A stretch of DNA of 63,676 nt, the filler included, from Chiloscyllium plagiosum (taxonomy: Eukaryota), in assembly GCF_004010195.1 (NCBI RefSeq). It is 3 parts of one record of this genome, joined end to end, with 100 filler letters (N's around TTAATTAATTAA, not from the genome) between each part and the next. Parts side by side here need not be neighbours in the genome. Positions count along the whole stretch, not along the records: positions 55,538 to 63,676 come from NC_057710.1; 2 more parts are not named here. One strand, written 5' to 3'. Positions 61,911-63,676 of this stretch are shown here, piece by piece. Positions within the stretch are counted from its first letter, which is position 1. Each line of letters begins with the position of its first letter. The notes under the pieces were generated by a model. That model made no database searches. It worked only from the letters and a program-made list of their open reading frames with translations, and was not told the DNA's origin. Position numbers and translations under genes: made by a program.

Positions 61911-63676
61911 GGGTGGTACAGTGAGCAGCTGAGGGCATGAATAGGGTGAGGGCGGTACAGTGAACAGGTAAGGGCATGAGCAGGGTGAGGGTCGTAATAT
62001 GAGCAGGTGAGGGCATGAGAAGGGTAATGGTACAGTGAGCAGCTGAGGGCATGAATAGGGTGAGGATGGTACAGTAAGGTGAGGGCATGAATAGGGTGAG
62101 TGTGGTACAGTGAGCAGGTGAGGGCATGAGCAGGGTAGGGTGGTACACTGAGCAGGTGAGGGCATGAATAGGGTGAGCGTGGTACAGTGAGCAGGTGAGG
62201 GCCTGAATAATTAAGGGTTGTACAGTGAGCAGGTGAGGGCATGAATAGGGTGAGCATGGTTCATTGAGCAGGTGAGGGCATGAGCAGGGTGAGCGTGGTA
62301 CAGTGAGCAGGTGAGGGCATGAGCAGGGTGAGTGTGGTACAGTGAGCAGGTGAGGGCATGAGCAGGGTAGGGTGGTACAGTGAGCAGGTGAGGGCATGAA
62401 TAGGGTGATGGTGGTACAGTGAGCAGGTGAGGGCTTGAGCAGTGAGACGGTGGTAGATTGAGCAGAATCGGGCATGAATAGGGTGATGGTGGTACAGTGG
62501 GCAGGTGATGGCATGAGCAGGGTGAGTATGGTACAGTGAGCAGGTGAAGGCATGAGCAGGGTAGGGTGGTACAGTGAGCAGGTGAGGGCATGAATAAGGT
62601 GAGCATGGTACAGTGAGCAGGTGCGGGCCTGAATAATTAAGGGTTGCACAGTGAGCAGGTGAGGGCATGAATAGGGTGAGCATGGTACAGTGAGCAGGTG
62701 AGGGCATGAATAGGGTGAGCGTGGTACAGTGAGCAGGTGAGAGCATAAGCACAGAGAGGGTGGTAATGTGAGCAGATGAGGGCATGAGCAGGGTGAGGGT
62801 GGTACAGTGAACAGCTGAGGGCATGAATGGGATGAGGGTGGTACAGTGAGCAGGTGAGCGCATGAGCAGGGTGAGTGTGGTACAGTGAGCAGGTGAGGGG
62901 ATGAGTAGGGTGAGGGTGGTGCTGTGAGGAGGTGAGGACATGAATAGGGTGAGGGTGGTGCAGTGTGCAGGTGCGGGCATTTGCAGGGTGAGGGTGGTAC
63001 AGTGAACAGTTGAGGGCATGAGCAGGGTGAGGGTGGAACAGTGCGCAGGTGATGGCATGAACAGGGTGAGGGTGGTACAGTGAGCAGGTGAGGGTATGAG
63101 CAGTGTGAGGGTGGTAATGTGATCAGGTGAGGGCATGAGCAGGGTGAGTGTGGTAATGTGAGCAGGGTGAGTGTGGTAATGTGAGCAGGGTGGGTGTGGT
63201 ACAGTGAGCAGGGTGAGGGTGGTACAGTGAGCAGGGTGAGTGTGGTAATTTGAGCAGGTGAGGGCATGAATAGGGTGATGGTGGTACATTGAGCAGGTGA
63301 GGGCATGAATATGGTGATGGTGGTACAGTGAGCAGGTGAGGGCATGAGCAGGGAGATGGTGGTACAGTGATCAGGTGAGGGCATGAGCAGGGTGAGGGTG
63401 GTAATGTGTGAGCAGGTGAGGGCAATAATAGGGTGAGCGTGGTACAGTGAGCAGGTGAGAGCATAAGCACAGAGAGGGTGGTAATGTGAGCAGATGAGGG
63501 CATGAGCAGGGTGAGGGTGGTACAGTGAACAGGTGAGGGCATGAATGGGATGAGGGTGGTACAGTGAGCAGGTGAGGGTATGAGCAGTGTGAGGGTGGTA
63601 ATGTGATCAGGTGAGGGCATGAGCAGGGTGAGTGTGGTAATGTGAGCAGGGTGAGTGTGGTAATGTGAGCAGGGTG
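61911..63676 (+). repeat. G-rich minisatellite, 39-bp unit (GGTACAGTGAGCAGGTGAGGGCATGA[GC/AT]AGGGTGAGGGT), ~45 unit-lengths, running off the window end
   Basis: Periodicity is directly visible, and the minus-strand ORFs show a 13-aa repeat (e.g. PSPCSCPHLLTVP). Confidence 0.95.

Noticed and set aside
61709..63620. Long minus-strand ORFs (up to 507 aa; Pro/His/Cys/Thr-rich)
   Set aside because: They are a by-product of a 39-bp (3n) tandem repeat with few stops on the C-rich strand. All three frames are open and the repeat phase switches freely, so there is no coding signature.
61911..63676. CRISPR-like array or immunoglobulin switch region
   Set aside because: There are no unique spacers or cas genes and the DNA is eukaryotic. 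No Ig exons are nearby, so the AGC/TGAGC pentamers alone are not evidence.

Overview
Vertebrate genomic DNA, most likely a shark (inferred from HE1-type V-SINEs with HER1/CR1 LINE tails). It is a repeat-rich scaffold segment with four assembly gaps: 27334-27433, 32821-33320, 48553-48832 and 55438-55537. Two protein-coding genes are visible. (1) tspan36 (tetraspanin-36, TSPAN3 subfamily) lies on + as six phase-0 coding exons, 35441-43653, with a ~1.1 kb 3' UTR; I could not find its first coding exon. (2) A 33-nt first coding exon (MREPRFRDNFW|GTGAGT, 1931-1899) of an F-BAR PSTPIP gene, most likely pstpip2, lies on - with a CpG-rich promoter; the ORF track does not call it separately. The rest is mostly retroelements: CR1/HER1, L1, Tx1, Rex1/Babar, Penelope-like elements (PLEs), two tRNA-SINE families and possible solo LTRs. 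A 39-bp G-rich minisatellite runs off the right end. The most striking non-coding signal is three PLE-terminal families that each carry a minimal hammerhead ribozyme with co-varying stems, often in fold-back insertions with target-site duplications (TSDs). Repeat boundaries are approximate (read by eye); exon boundaries were checked base by base.
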